From positions 1 to 34,714 of the forward strand of contig JACQAF010000181.1 of NCBI GenBank assembly GCA_016195145.1: a stretch of 34,714 nucleotides of DNA, in the 5' to 3' direction. The position numbers and the translations under genes were made by a program. Below the pieces are notes generated by a model that worked only from the letters and a program-made list of their open reading frames with translations, ran no database searches and had not been told where the DNA came from. Origin of the DNA: Rhodospirillales bacterium (GTDB taxonomy: Bacteria; Pseudomonadota; Alphaproteobacteria; CACIAM-22H2). Positions 20,799-28,671 of the stretch are shown one piece after another. Every line of letters begins with the position of its first letter. Positions within the stretch are counted from its first letter, which is position 1.

Positions 20799-21662
20799 TT
20801 AAGTCGCGGCGCCGGGCCGGCCGAGGGGCCGGGGGGCGGCCGGGTCGCGGAAAGGCTGGGTGAGCAGGCGGTCGAGCCGCAATTCGCCGGCATCGCGAAA
20901 CTCGGCGAGGCCGATGGTCATCCCGCGATGGCCGGCAGCCGGCGCCGCGCGATAGGTGCCGAACAGCCGGTCCCACCACGGCAGATTGAAGCCGAAATTG
21001 CTGTTGGTCTCGACGGGCGCCACCGAATGATGGACGCGGTGCATGTCGGGCGTGACCACCAGCCAGCGCACCGCGCGCTCGACCGCCGCCGGCAGGCCGG
21101 CATTGGCATGATTGAACATCGACGTCGCGTTGAGCAGCACCTCGAAAATCAGCACGGCCAACGCGGGCGCGCCGAGGACAGCGATGACCGCGAACTTGAT
21201 CGCCATCGACAACAGGATTTCGAGCGGGTGGAAACGTGCGCCGGTGGTGACGTCGAAGTCGAGATCAGCATGATGCATGCGATGCAGCCGCCACAACGCC
21301 GGCACGGCATGGAAGACGACATGCTGAACGTAAATCGCAAGATCGAGCAGCACGACGGCAACGACGACCGTCGCCCAGGCCGGCCAGGCGAGAAGCGGCA
21401 GAAGGCCCCATCCCTGTTGCGCGCCGAACAGGGCGACGCCCACGGCCGCGGCAGGAAACAGGAGCCGGATCAGCGCCGCGTTGAGGACGATAAGGGCGAG
21501 ATTGCTCGGCCAGCGCGCCCGGCGCGATACGATGCGTGCGCGGCGCGGGGCATGCATCTCCCACAGGGCGACGAGGGCGAAGACAGCGAAAAAGACGCCC
21601 GGCCGGACGACATATTCGGCCGTGAGAATCGAACCAATACTGGCAAGGTCGAAAAAGGGCAT
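20799..21662 (-). CDS. Fatty acid hydroxylase / sterol desaturase family membrane di-iron protein
   Basis: 287 aa and multi-pass hydrophobic. His boxes QHVVFH, HRMHH and HRVHH. Confidence 0.8.
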   Translation of the reverse strand: MPFFDLASIGSILTAEYVVRPGVFFAVFALVALWEMHAPRRARIVSRRARWPSNLALIVLNAALIRLLFPAAAVGVALFGAQQGWGLLPLLAWPAWATVVVAVVLLDLAIYVQHVVFHAVPALWRLHRMHHADLDFDVTTGARFHPLEILLSMAIKFAVIAVLGAPALAVLIFEVLLNATSMFNHANAGLPAAVERAVRWLVVTPDMHRVHHSVAPVETNSNFGFNLPWWDRLFGTYRAAPAAGHRGMTIGLAEFRDAGELRLDRLLTQPFRDPAAPRPLGRPGAAT

Positions 21663-21738
21663 GGACTCTCTTCAGCGGTCATTGTCTCGGGAGCCTGGAC
21701 GCCCGCCATCAGCAGGCTTGAAAAGCGCAGAAAACACG

Positions 21739-21781
21739 TATATTCAATTATTATATTGAATAATATATTATGGATCGATCC
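21739..21781. promoter_or_regulatory. AT-rich divergent promoter/operator island with nested palindromes, a candidate ArsR-family operator
   Basis: TATTCAAT-TATTAT-ATTGAATA (8-bp perfect inverted repeat, 21741-21762). A 10-bp palindrome TAATATATTA (21761-21770). TATATT occurs three times at 13- and 12-bp spacing (21739, 21752, 21764). A palindrome GGATCGATCC (21772-21781) lies just before the ATG at 21783. Confidence 0.45.
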
Positions 21782-21782
21782 G

Positions 21783-22457
21783 ATGTCAACGCGCTCGCCG
21801 AAACTGCAGCTCTTCGCCGAATTCGCCAATGTGGCGAAGGCGCTGGGCCATGAGCATCGCCTGGCCCTGATCGAAATCCTGGGCCAGGGGGAACGCAGTG
21901 TCGAGGACGCGGCCAAGGCGGTCGGCCTGCCGATCGCCAATGCCTCGCAGCATCTCCATCGCCTGCAGCGGGCGGGGCTGGTCGTCGCGCGCAAGGCCGG
22001 CAAGCATGTGTTTTACGGCCTGTCGGAGGCCGACGCCGTGATCCCGCTTGTGCGCATGCTGCAACGCGTTGCCGAGCGCAACGTGGCCGAGATCGAGCGC
22101 GTTCTCGCCGGCTATTTCCGCCAGCGCGACGGGCTGGAGCCGGTTGGCCGCGAAGAATTGCTGGCGCGCAGTCGTAAGGGCGAAGTGACCGTCCTCGACG
22201 TGCGGCCGGCTGGCGAATACGCCCGCGGCCATCTGCCCGGCGCGCTCAACATTCCGGTGCGCGAGCTTGGTAAGCGTCTGGCCGAATTGCCGCCGGGGCA
22301 GGATATCGTCGCCTATTGCCGCGGCCCGTATTGCGTCATGTCGTTCGAGGCGGTGGCGGCGCTGCGCCCGCGCGGCTTCAACATCCGCCGTTTCGAAGAC
22401 GGATACCCCGAATGGGCGGCGGCGGGATATCCGGTCGAATCCGCTCCGCGCGGCTAA
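21783..22457 (+). CDS. ArsR/SmtB-family transcriptional regulator fused to a rhodanese domain
   Basis: 224 aa. Winged-HTH region (LGHEHRLALIEILGQGERSVEDAAKAVGLPIANASQHLHRLQRAGLV) followed by a rhodanese domain (VTVLDVRPAGEYARGHLPGALNIP...IVAYCRGPYCVMS). The track ORF (from 20928) carries a long spurious extension antisense to the hydroxylase gene. Confidence 0.85.
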   Translation: MSTRSPKLQLFAEFANVAKALGHEHRLALIEILGQGERSVEDAAKAVGLPIANASQHLHRLQRAGLVVARKAGKHVFYGLSEADAVIPLVRMLQRVAERNVAEIERVLAGYFRQRDGLEPVGREELLARSRKGEVTVLDVRPAGEYARGHLPGALNIPVRELGKRLAELPPGQDIVAYCRGPYCVMSFEAVAALRPRGFNIRRFEDGYPEWAAAGYPVESAPRG

Positions 22458-23629
22458 AACAGCCGCAACTGGTCGCCGGGCCGGGGCGGCGGCCGGAACT
22501 GCGCGAGATCGAGCGACCAGCGGTTCTTGTTAAGGTCGAGGCGCTGGCAGGCGAGACGGAAGCGCTTGGCGATCAGCTCGGCATAGGGGCCGCTGCCGCG
22601 CATGCGGCTGCCGAATTCGGGGTCGTTGAGCCGGCCGTCGCGCACCCCGCGCACCAGGGCGAGCACATGCTTGGCCTTGAGCGGCGCATGGACGGCCAGC
22701 CACTCGGCGAACAAATCCTTGATCTCGTAGGGCAGACGCAACAGCGTATAGCCGGCGCTGACCGCGCCGGCGTCGCGCGCGGCGGCGAGGATCGCTTCCA
22801 TCTCGGCGTCGTTGAGGGCGGGGATCATCGGCGCCGCCATCACGCCGGTCGGCACGCCGGCGCGGGCGAGTTCGGCGATCGCGCCGAGGCGGCGCGCGGC
22901 GGTCGGCGCGCGCGGCTCCAGCCGACGGGCGAGATCGCGGTCGAGCGTCGTCACCGACACGAAGACGCGGGCGAGATTCTTCGCCGCCATCGGGCCGAGG
23001 ATGTCGACATCGCGCGCCACCAGCGCCGATTTGGTGACGATGGTCAGCGGATGGTTGAACGCGGCGAGGGTTTCGAGAATCGCCCGCGTGATTCGTATCT
23101 CGCGCTCGATCGGCTGATAGGGATCGGTGTTGGTGCCGAGCGCGATCGGGCTCGGCGCATAGCCGGGCCGGCGCAATTCTTCGGCCAGCAGCGTCGCGGC
23201 GTTGGGCTTGGCGAACAGCTTGGTTTCGAAGTCGAGGCCCGAGGACAGACCGAAATAGGCGTGGCTCGGTCGGGCAAAGCAGTAAATGCAGCCATGCTCG
23301 CAGCCGCGATAGGGGTTGATCGACTGCTCGAACGGGACATCGGGCGAATCGTTGCGGTTGATGATCGTGCGCGTGGCGTCGATGCCGATGGTAGTGGGCA
23401 GGGGCGGGCTGTCCTCGTCCGTGGCTGCCCCATCCCCCTCGCTATCCGGGTCGGCCGCATGAGACCAGCCGTCGTCGACGGCGATCTTGCTTTCGCGCTC
23501 GTAGCGCCCGGCCGGATTGCCGATCGCACCGCGCCCCTTGCGCGGGCGGGCGGGCAGCGTGTCGTCGGGCGCGGCGTCGACCGGCTCAGCGTCGTCCGCG
23601 AACGGATCATCCGGGAGGGTTCTGGCCAT
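22454..23629 (-). CDS. Radical SAM protein, PA0069 / SplB-like (COG1533-type) family
   Basis: CxxxCxxC cluster motif GCEHGCIYCFARPSH and N-terminal KGRGAIGNPAGRYE. The ATG at 23629 is preferred because the 14 codons after the upstream ATG at 23671 use atypical codons (TTG AAA TGT TCT GGT TTG CGA). Confidence 0.78.
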   Translation of the reverse strand: MARTLPDDPFADDAEPVDAAPDDTLPARPRKGRGAIGNPAGRYERESKIAVDDGWSHAADPDSEGDGAATDEDSPPLPTTIGIDATRTIINRNDSPDVPFEQSINPYRGCEHGCIYCFARPSHAYFGLSSGLDFETKLFAKPNAATLLAEELRRPGYAPSPIALGTNTDPYQPIEREIRITRAILETLAAFNHPLTIVTKSALVARDVDILGPMAAKNLARVFVSVTTLDRDLARRLEPRAPTAARRLGAIAELARAGVPTGVMAAPMIPALNDAEMEAILAAARDAGAVSAGYTLLRLPYEIKDLFAEWLAVHAPLKAKHVLALVRGVRDGRLNDPEFGSRMRGSGPYAELIAKRFRLACQRLDLNKNRWSLDLAQFRPPPRPGDQLRLF

Positions 23630-23683
23630 GCCGGGAGTGTACCGTCGCAAACCAGAACATTTCAAGAACATTCTGCGGGACGG

Positions 23684-24913
23684 CTATTCGCCGATCCGCC
23701 GCCAGATGTGATCTAACTCTTTGTGATAATTATAAAATGACTCAAGCAGCCGGGGGTCGAAATGGGCCTTGGGGTCGAGCTGCTCGTCGCCGTCGAGGAT
23801 GATCCGGCAGGTCTCGTCATGGGGCAGGCCGGGCTTGTAGGGGCGCGGGGCGCGCAGGGCGTCGTAAACGTCGGCCAGCTGGACAATGCGGGCAGCGATC
23901 GGAATCGCCTCGCCCTTGAGCCCGCGCGGATAGCCGGAGCCGTCCCATTTCTCGTGATGGCAGAGCGCGATCTCGGCCGCCATCTTGAGGCGGTCGGACT
24001 GGACAAGAATGCGGTGGCCATATTCGGGATGGCGGTCCATCTCGGCCCGTTCGGCGGCGGTCAGCTTGCCCTTTTTCTTGAGCACGGCCTGATCGACGCT
24101 CATCTTGCCGATGTCGTGGAGCTGCGCCGAATAGCGGATCTCGTCGCAGAACGCCTCGGGCATGTCGAGCGCTTTGGCCAGCGCGCAGCTGTATTCATTG
24201 ACCCGCACGATGTGGTTGCCGGTGTCTTTGTCGTGCAGCTCGGCGGCGCGGGCGAGCAGGCGGATCGACAACTTGAAGGCTTCTTCCGTCTGGTCCTTGA
24301 GGGCGCCGATCTGCCGGCGTTGGCGGAACAGGGCGCGGTTGCGCTGGGTCAGGCGCCGGTTCTGTTCCGAAATACGCTCGATCATCTCGGCGCGTTCGAT
24401 CGCGCCGCCGACGAAATGATGAATGGGATGGATGATCGCCGCATGCTCGGCGGTGAAGGGCAGGGGACCGTTGCCCGTTTCGTCGTGCCGGTTGATCAGC
24501 TGGACGACGCCGATCACCTCGCCGGCGTAGTTCTTGAGCGGGAAGCAGAGAATCGACTTGGTCTGGAATCCGGTGCGCCGGTCGGCCTCGTCGTTGAAAC
24601 GAAAGCGCCGTCCCGCCGAAATCTTGCGCACATCGTCGAGGCGCACGGTGTTGCCGGTCAGCGCGACATAGCCGGCGATCGACGAGCCGTCGACCGGGAC
24701 GGTCAGCGACGCCGGCGGCACGTCGACGAAATCGTTCTGCAGGCTGGCGATTTCCAGCATCTTTTTCCGCCCGCGGCGGCGCAAAATGAAGATCGAGCCG
24801 GCGACTGCGCCGGTGAGCTTGCGGCTCTTGAGCAGGACCCGGTGCAAGAGATCGTGGACCGCCGGGCGCGGTCCCGCCTCGATGAACTCAAGAAATTCGA
24901 AGAGAACGCTCAT
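23684..24913 (-). CDS. GAF domain-containing HD-GYP phosphodiesterase (cyclic dinucleotide signalling)
   Basis: 409 aa. N-terminal GAF-like region (AGSIFILR...CFPLKNYAGEVIGVVQLIN) and an HD-GYP domain (LHDIGKM, HHEKWDGSGYPRGL, DVYDAL). Confidence 0.88.
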   Translation of the reverse strand: MSVLFEFLEFIEAGPRPAVHDLLHRVLLKSRKLTGAVAGSIFILRRRGRKKMLEIASLQNDFVDVPPASLTVPVDGSSIAGYVALTGNTVRLDDVRKISAGRRFRFNDEADRRTGFQTKSILCFPLKNYAGEVIGVVQLINRHDETGNGPLPFTAEHAAIIHPIHHFVGGAIERAEMIERISEQNRRLTQRNRALFRQRRQIGALKDQTEEAFKLSIRLLARAAELHDKDTGNHIVRVNEYSCALAKALDMPEAFCDEIRYSAQLHDIGKMSVDQAVLKKKGKLTAAERAEMDRHPEYGHRILVQSDRLKMAAEIALCHHEKWDGSGYPRGLKGEAIPIAARIVQLADVYDALRAPRPYKPGLPHDETCRIILDGDEQLDPKAHFDPRLLESFYNYHKELDHIWRRIGE

Positions 24914-24943
24914 GAATGACGCGACTACCGGACCAACACAACA

Positions 24944-24972
24944 GCAAGTGGAAATTCTAGCAATAGACGATC
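24944..24972 (-). promoter_or_regulatory. Candidate sigma70-type promoter for the HD-GYP gene (TCGCCA-N17-TAGAAT on the minus strand)
   Basis: The -10-like TAGAAT ends 31 nt upstream of the ATG at 24913, and a 4/6 match to TTGACA lies at exactly 17-nt spacing. This is sequence reading only, with no experimental support. Confidence 0.3.
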
Positions 24973-25014
24973 GAAATGGCGAAACAGTTAACGCGGCTGT
25001 GCATTTTTTTCGTA

Positions 25015-25953
25015 TCAGACCGTCGTCCAGATGCGGCGGATGCCGGCGATAATTTCAGGGTCGAGACTGTCGGCGATCACATTTTCGGCATGAGCGCGGC
25101 GTTCGGGGGCCAGTCCGGCCAGCGCCCCGGCGGCGCGAAAACGGGCAAAGGCCGTGGTCGTCCGCAGCCAGGTGAGCCGGCGCATCGGCAGCAGCCAGGG
25201 TCGCAACGCTTCTTCGGCGACCGGACCGGCGGCGGCAAAATAGGCGGCGTGGAAACGGGCGGTATCGTCAGGTGACAGCACGGCATCGCAATCGCCGTCC
25301 CAGCGGGTCGCCGGGCGCAAGGTGGCGTGGGCGAGATCGATTGCCGGCGCGCCATAAAGCGCCCGTTCGAGGTCGAGGAAGACCGCTATGCCGTCGGCGC
25401 GCACGAGGAAATTGCCGGGATGAGCATCGCTGACGATCAGCGCGCGGGGGCCCCGGGCGAGCGGATCGGCGTTTGCGGCGGCGAAGCCGCGCGCCCAGTC
25501 GAGCTCGGCCTCAATCTGCGCCCGTGCATCGGGCATCACGTTTGCGCGGGCAAGATACGCCGCATTGCGTTCGACCGTGATGAGCGCATCGGCAAACGGA
25601 TCGGGCGGGCTCGCCAGCGGTAGGCGGTCCGAGGGCGACGGCAGCGGCAGGCGGTGAATCGCGGCGAGCGTTTGGGCGAGCGCAGGCAGATCGGCCGCCG
25701 CCGCGAGTTTCGGCGTCCGGCCGCTGGCGGCCATGCGGGCGAAAGCCGCCGCCTGGCGGACGAGATCGGCCGCGTCGCCGGCGCGCGGCGCGCGCAGGAC
25801 AAGATCGCGCCCCCGGATGCGCCAATGCGTGTGCATCAGGCCCTTGAGCGGCAGGCGCTCCAGCGCACCGGGATCGAACACGCCAATTCCGGGTACGCTT
25901 GCCAGCGCCCGGGCGATAAGAACGTCGTCGGTCAGCGTTTCCATCGCCGGCAT
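25015..25953 (-). CDS. Phosphotransferase enzyme family protein (APH / choline-kinase-like small-molecule kinase)
   Basis: 312 aa. Catalytic-loop motif LIVSDAHPGNFLV and metal-binding FLDLERA, resembling the HxDxxxxN and DxE motifs of the APH fold. Confidence 0.7.
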   Translation of the reverse strand: MPAMETLTDDVLIARALASVPGIGVFDPGALERLPLKGLMHTHWRIRGRDLVLRAPRAGDAADLVRQAAAFARMAASGRTPKLAAAADLPALAQTLAAIHRLPLPSPSDRLPLASPPDPFADALITVERNAAYLARANVMPDARAQIEAELDWARGFAAANADPLARGPRALIVSDAHPGNFLVRADGIAVFLDLERALYGAPAIDLAHATLRPATRWDGDCDAVLSPDDTARFHAAYFAAAGPVAEEALRPWLLPMRRLTWLRTTTAFARFRAAGALAGLAPERRAHAENVIADSLDPEIIAGIRRIWTTV

Positions 25954-26021
25954 TCATAGCGCGGCGCGGGCGCCTCTGTCGAAGCATGCTATGATCGCCT
26001 CTTTCGCGCCCGGAAGACGCC

Positions 26022-26702
26022 TTGCTCAGCATCGTTATCCCCACCCTCAACGTCGCACCGGCCTTCGGGCCGACGCTTGCCGCGCTCGCCGAGGCGGCAT
26101 TCGTCGGCATCGCGCACGAGATCGTGGTCAGCGATGGCGGTTCGTCCGACGGAACGCTCGACATCGCGCGCGCCGCCGGGGCGCGGGTGATCGAGGGAGC
26201 GGCCGGGCGCGGGCCGCAACTGGCGGCGGGCGCGGCGACGGCCGAGGGCGACTGGCTCCTCTTCCTTCATGCCGATACGCGCCTCGCGCCCGGCTGGGTG
26301 GCGGCGGTCGAGGAGTTTACCGCGCGGCCGGAAAACGCCGCCCGTGCCGCCTATTTCCGCCTCGCGCTCGACGACGCCAATCCCGCTGCCCGGCGTATCG
26401 AGCGTTTGGCGGCGCTGCGGTGCTGGTTGCTCGCCCTGCCTTATGGCGACCAAGGCTTGCTGATCGCGCGGAATCTTTACCGGGCAGTCGGCGGGTTCCG
26501 GCCGTTGCCGCTGATGGAAGACGTCGATCTCGCGCGTCGCCTCGGCCGGCGACGTCTGGCGGCGCTTGGACATCCGGCGCTCACCTCGGCTGCCCGCTAT
26601 CGCCGCGACGGCTGGATCGCCCGTCCGCTGCGCAACCTCGCCTGCCTCGGCCTATGGTTCGCGGGCATGGCGCCGGCGCGGATCGAGCGTCTGTACCGAT
26701 GA
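26022..26702 (+). CDS. Family 2 glycosyltransferase, resembling the TIGR04283 (rSAM/selenodomain-associated transferase 2) type
   Basis: LSIVIPTLN, VVSDGGSSDGT, LLFLHADTRL, LPYGDQGLL, PLMEDVDLARRL and TSARYRRDG. TTG start at 26022. Confidence 0.8.
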   Translation: MLSIVIPTLNVAPAFGPTLAALAEAAFVGIAHEIVVSDGGSSDGTLDIARAAGARVIEGAAGRGPQLAAGAATAEGDWLLFLHADTRLAPGWVAAVEEFTARPENAARAAYFRLALDDANPAARRIERLAALRCWLLALPYGDQGLLIARNLYRAVGGFRPLPLMEDVDLARRLGRRRLAALGHPALTSAARYRRDGWIARPLRNLACLGLWFAGMAPARIERLYR

Positions 26703-27319
26703 GGCGCCGGCAGTATCTGATCGTGTTCGCCAAGGCGCCGGCGCTGGGTCGGGTGAAAACCCGGCTGGCGCGCGGCATCGGCGCTGGCGCGGCGCTGGCG
26801 TTTTATCGCCGGACCCTCGCGCGGCTGTTGCGCCGCGCCGGGCGTGACGGGCGCTGGCGCACCGTGCTGGCGGTCGCCCCGGATGGCGCGGCGCGCAACG
26901 GCCGCCTGTGGCCGATGAAGCTGCCGCGCGTCGGCCAGGGCGGCGGCGATCTCGGCGCGCGCATGGGCCGCGTGTTCCGCGATTTCCCGCCGGGGCCGGC
27001 GGTGATTGTCGGGGCTGATATCCCCGACGTGACGGCGGCGCATGTCGCGCGCGCCTTTGCCGCCCTCGGCCGCAGCGATGCGGTGTTCGGCGCGGCGCGC
27101 GACGGCGGCTACTGGCTGATCGGCCTACGGCGCGGGCCGCGCCTTGGACATATATTCGACAACGTGCGGTGGTCGACCGGCGGCGCGCTAGACGATACGC
27201 TGGCCAATCTCCGCGGGCGGCGCATCGCCTTCGTCGACACCCTCGACGATATCGACGACGCGGCCGCTTACCGGCGCTGGCGCGCCGCCGCGCACGAACG
27301 ACAGGGAGGAACGCGATGA
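26699..27319 (+). CDS. DUF2064 / TIGR04282-type (CofC/MobA-like nucleotidyltransferase fold) protein
   Basis: YLIVFAKAPALGRVKTRLA, QGGGDLGARM, IVGADIPD, ARDGGYWLIGL and VRWSTGGA. The ATG overlaps the GT2 stop (ATGA). The track ORF start at 25733 is a spurious extension. Confidence 0.8.
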   Translation: MRRRQYLIVFAKAPALGRVKTRLARGIGAGAALAFYRRTLARLLRRAGRDGRWRTVLAVAPDGAARNGRLWPMKLPRVGQGGGDLGARMGRVFRDFPPGPAVIVGADIPDVTAAHVARAFAALGRSDAVFGAARDGGYWLIGLRRGPRLGHIFDNVRWSTGGALDDTLANLRGRRIAFVDTLDDIDDAAAYRRWRAAAHERQGGTR

Positions 27320-28671
27320 TCGCCGATCGACGGGGCCTCGCCCTCACCACCGCCAGCGCCGCCGCCGCCCGCCATTACGACGCAGCCGTCAGCCACTACG
27401 TGAAATACCGGATTAGCACCGGCCAGTGGGTGCGCCAGATGCTCGACGCCGATCCCGATTTCGTCATGGGCCATTGCTTCAAGGGCTATCTGGCGCTCAC
27501 CGGCTACAACGCGGCGACGCTGCCGCGCGTCGCCGACAGCATCGTCGCCGCAACCGCCGGCCTTGCTCGCGTCACCCCGCGCGAGCGTCTGCATGTCGCA
27601 GCCCTCGCCGCCTGGCATCGCGGCGCGGTCGACGAGGCGCTGGCGGCGTGGGAGCGCATTCTCGCCGATCATCCGGGCGACCTGATGGCGCTGCGGCTTG
27701 CCCATTTCAACTATTTCTGGGCCGGCCAGGCGCCACCCATGCGCGAATCGGTCGCCCGTGTCGCGCCGGCGTGGCGGCCGGACACGCCGGACATCGAAGC
27801 CTTTCTCGCCATGCGCGCCTTCGCCAGCGAGGAATGCGGCGAGTACGCCGCCGCCGAACGCGACGCCCGCCGCGCGGTCGAGATCGACCCGACCGAAGTG
27901 TGGGGGACCCACGCGCTCGCCCATGTGATGGAAATGCAGGGCCGCCACCGCGACGGCATCGCCTGGCTCGCGGCGCAGGAGCCGAACTGGGCCGACACCA
28001 ACAACATGGTCCATCATCTGTGGTGGCACTGGGCGCTGTTTCATCTCGAACTCGGCGAGATCGACGCCGTTCTTGCCCTTTATGACGAGAAGATTCGCAA
28101 CCCCGCCTCGCCGCTCTACCAGGCGCAGCCCGATCTCTATATCGACGTGCAGAATGCGGCGTCGCTGCTATGGCGGCTCGAACGGGCCGGGGCCGCGGTC
28201 GGCGACCGCTGGACGGAACTGGCCGAGAAGGCGGCGCGCCGGATCGGCGATTGCCAGAGCCCGTTCACCCTGCCGCATTTCATGATGGCGCTGGCGGCGC
28301 GCGGCGACGCGGCGACGGCGGCGCGGTTCCTCGACGGCCTGCGCGCCTATGCGGCGGCTGGTAAGGGCTCGCTGGCCCCGGTCGTCGGCGCGGTCGCGGT
28401 GCCGGCCTGCGAGGCGGCGGCGGCGCACCGGCGCGGCGAGCATACGCGGGTGGTGGCGCTTCTCGTGCCGCTTCGCGGCGAGCTGTGGCGGCTCGGCGGC
28501 AGCCATGCCCAGCGCGATTTCTTGACCCAGATGCTGGTCGATGCGGCGGCGAAAAGCGGCCGGGCCGATATCGTGCGCGACGTGCTGGCCGACGAGGCGA
28601 AGGCGCGGCCGGTCGATCCGGCGCGGCGCGCCGGCTATGCCGCCGCCGCGCGGCTGGCGATGGCGAACTAG
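27316..28671 (+). CDS. TTC38-family tetratricopeptide repeat protein (function unknown)
   Basis: 451 aa. Blocks recalled from eukaryotic TTC38: ADPDFVMGH, RERLHVAALAAW, ILADHPGDLMALRLAHFNYFW, MRESVARVAPAW, WWHWALFHLELGE and LGGSHAQRDF. The ATG overlaps the DUF2064 stop (ATGA) and is preceded by AGGGAGGA. Confidence 0.78.
   Translation: MIADRRGLALTTASAAAARHYDAAVSHYVKYRISTGQWVRQMLDADPDFVMGHCFKGYLALTGYNAATLPRVADSIVAATAGLARVTPRERLHVAALAAWHRGAVDEALAAWERILADHPGDLMALRLAHFNYFWAGQAPPMRESVARVAPAWRPDTPDIEAFLAMRAFASEECGEYAAAERDARRAVEIDPTEVWGTHALAHVMEMQGRHRDGIAWLAAQEPNWADTNNMVHHLWWHWALFHLELGEIDAVLALYDEKIRNPASPLYQAQPDLYIDVQNAASLLWRLERAGAAVGDRWTELAEKAARRIGDCQSPFTLPHFMMALAARGDAATAARFLDGLRAYAAAGKGSLAPVVGAVAVPACEAAAAHRRGEHTRVVALLVPLRGELWRLGGSHAQRDFLTQMLVDAAAKSGRADIVRDVLADEAKARPVDPARRAGYAAAARLAMAN

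Noticed and set aside
20928-21782. A 285-codon N-terminal extension of the ArsR-rhodanese ORF, which the track reports as a 509-aa protein.
   Set aside because: The extension is antisense to the hydroxylase gene, is compositionally junk-like and reads through the AT-rich promoter island. The ATG at 21783 gives a canonical ArsR N-terminus.
25733-26698. A long 5' extension of the DUF2064 ORF (528 aa in the track). Analogous extensions occur at 27169..27315, 5568..5744, 7910..8101, 15977..16150, 18163..18483 and 8716..8799.
   Set aside because: These extensions are Arg-rich and overlap well-supported neighbouring genes. Internal ATGs give family-typical N-termini and tidy ATGA/TGATG junctions. 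The exception is 18163..18483, whose last ~11 codons look conserved; that case is treated as a finding.
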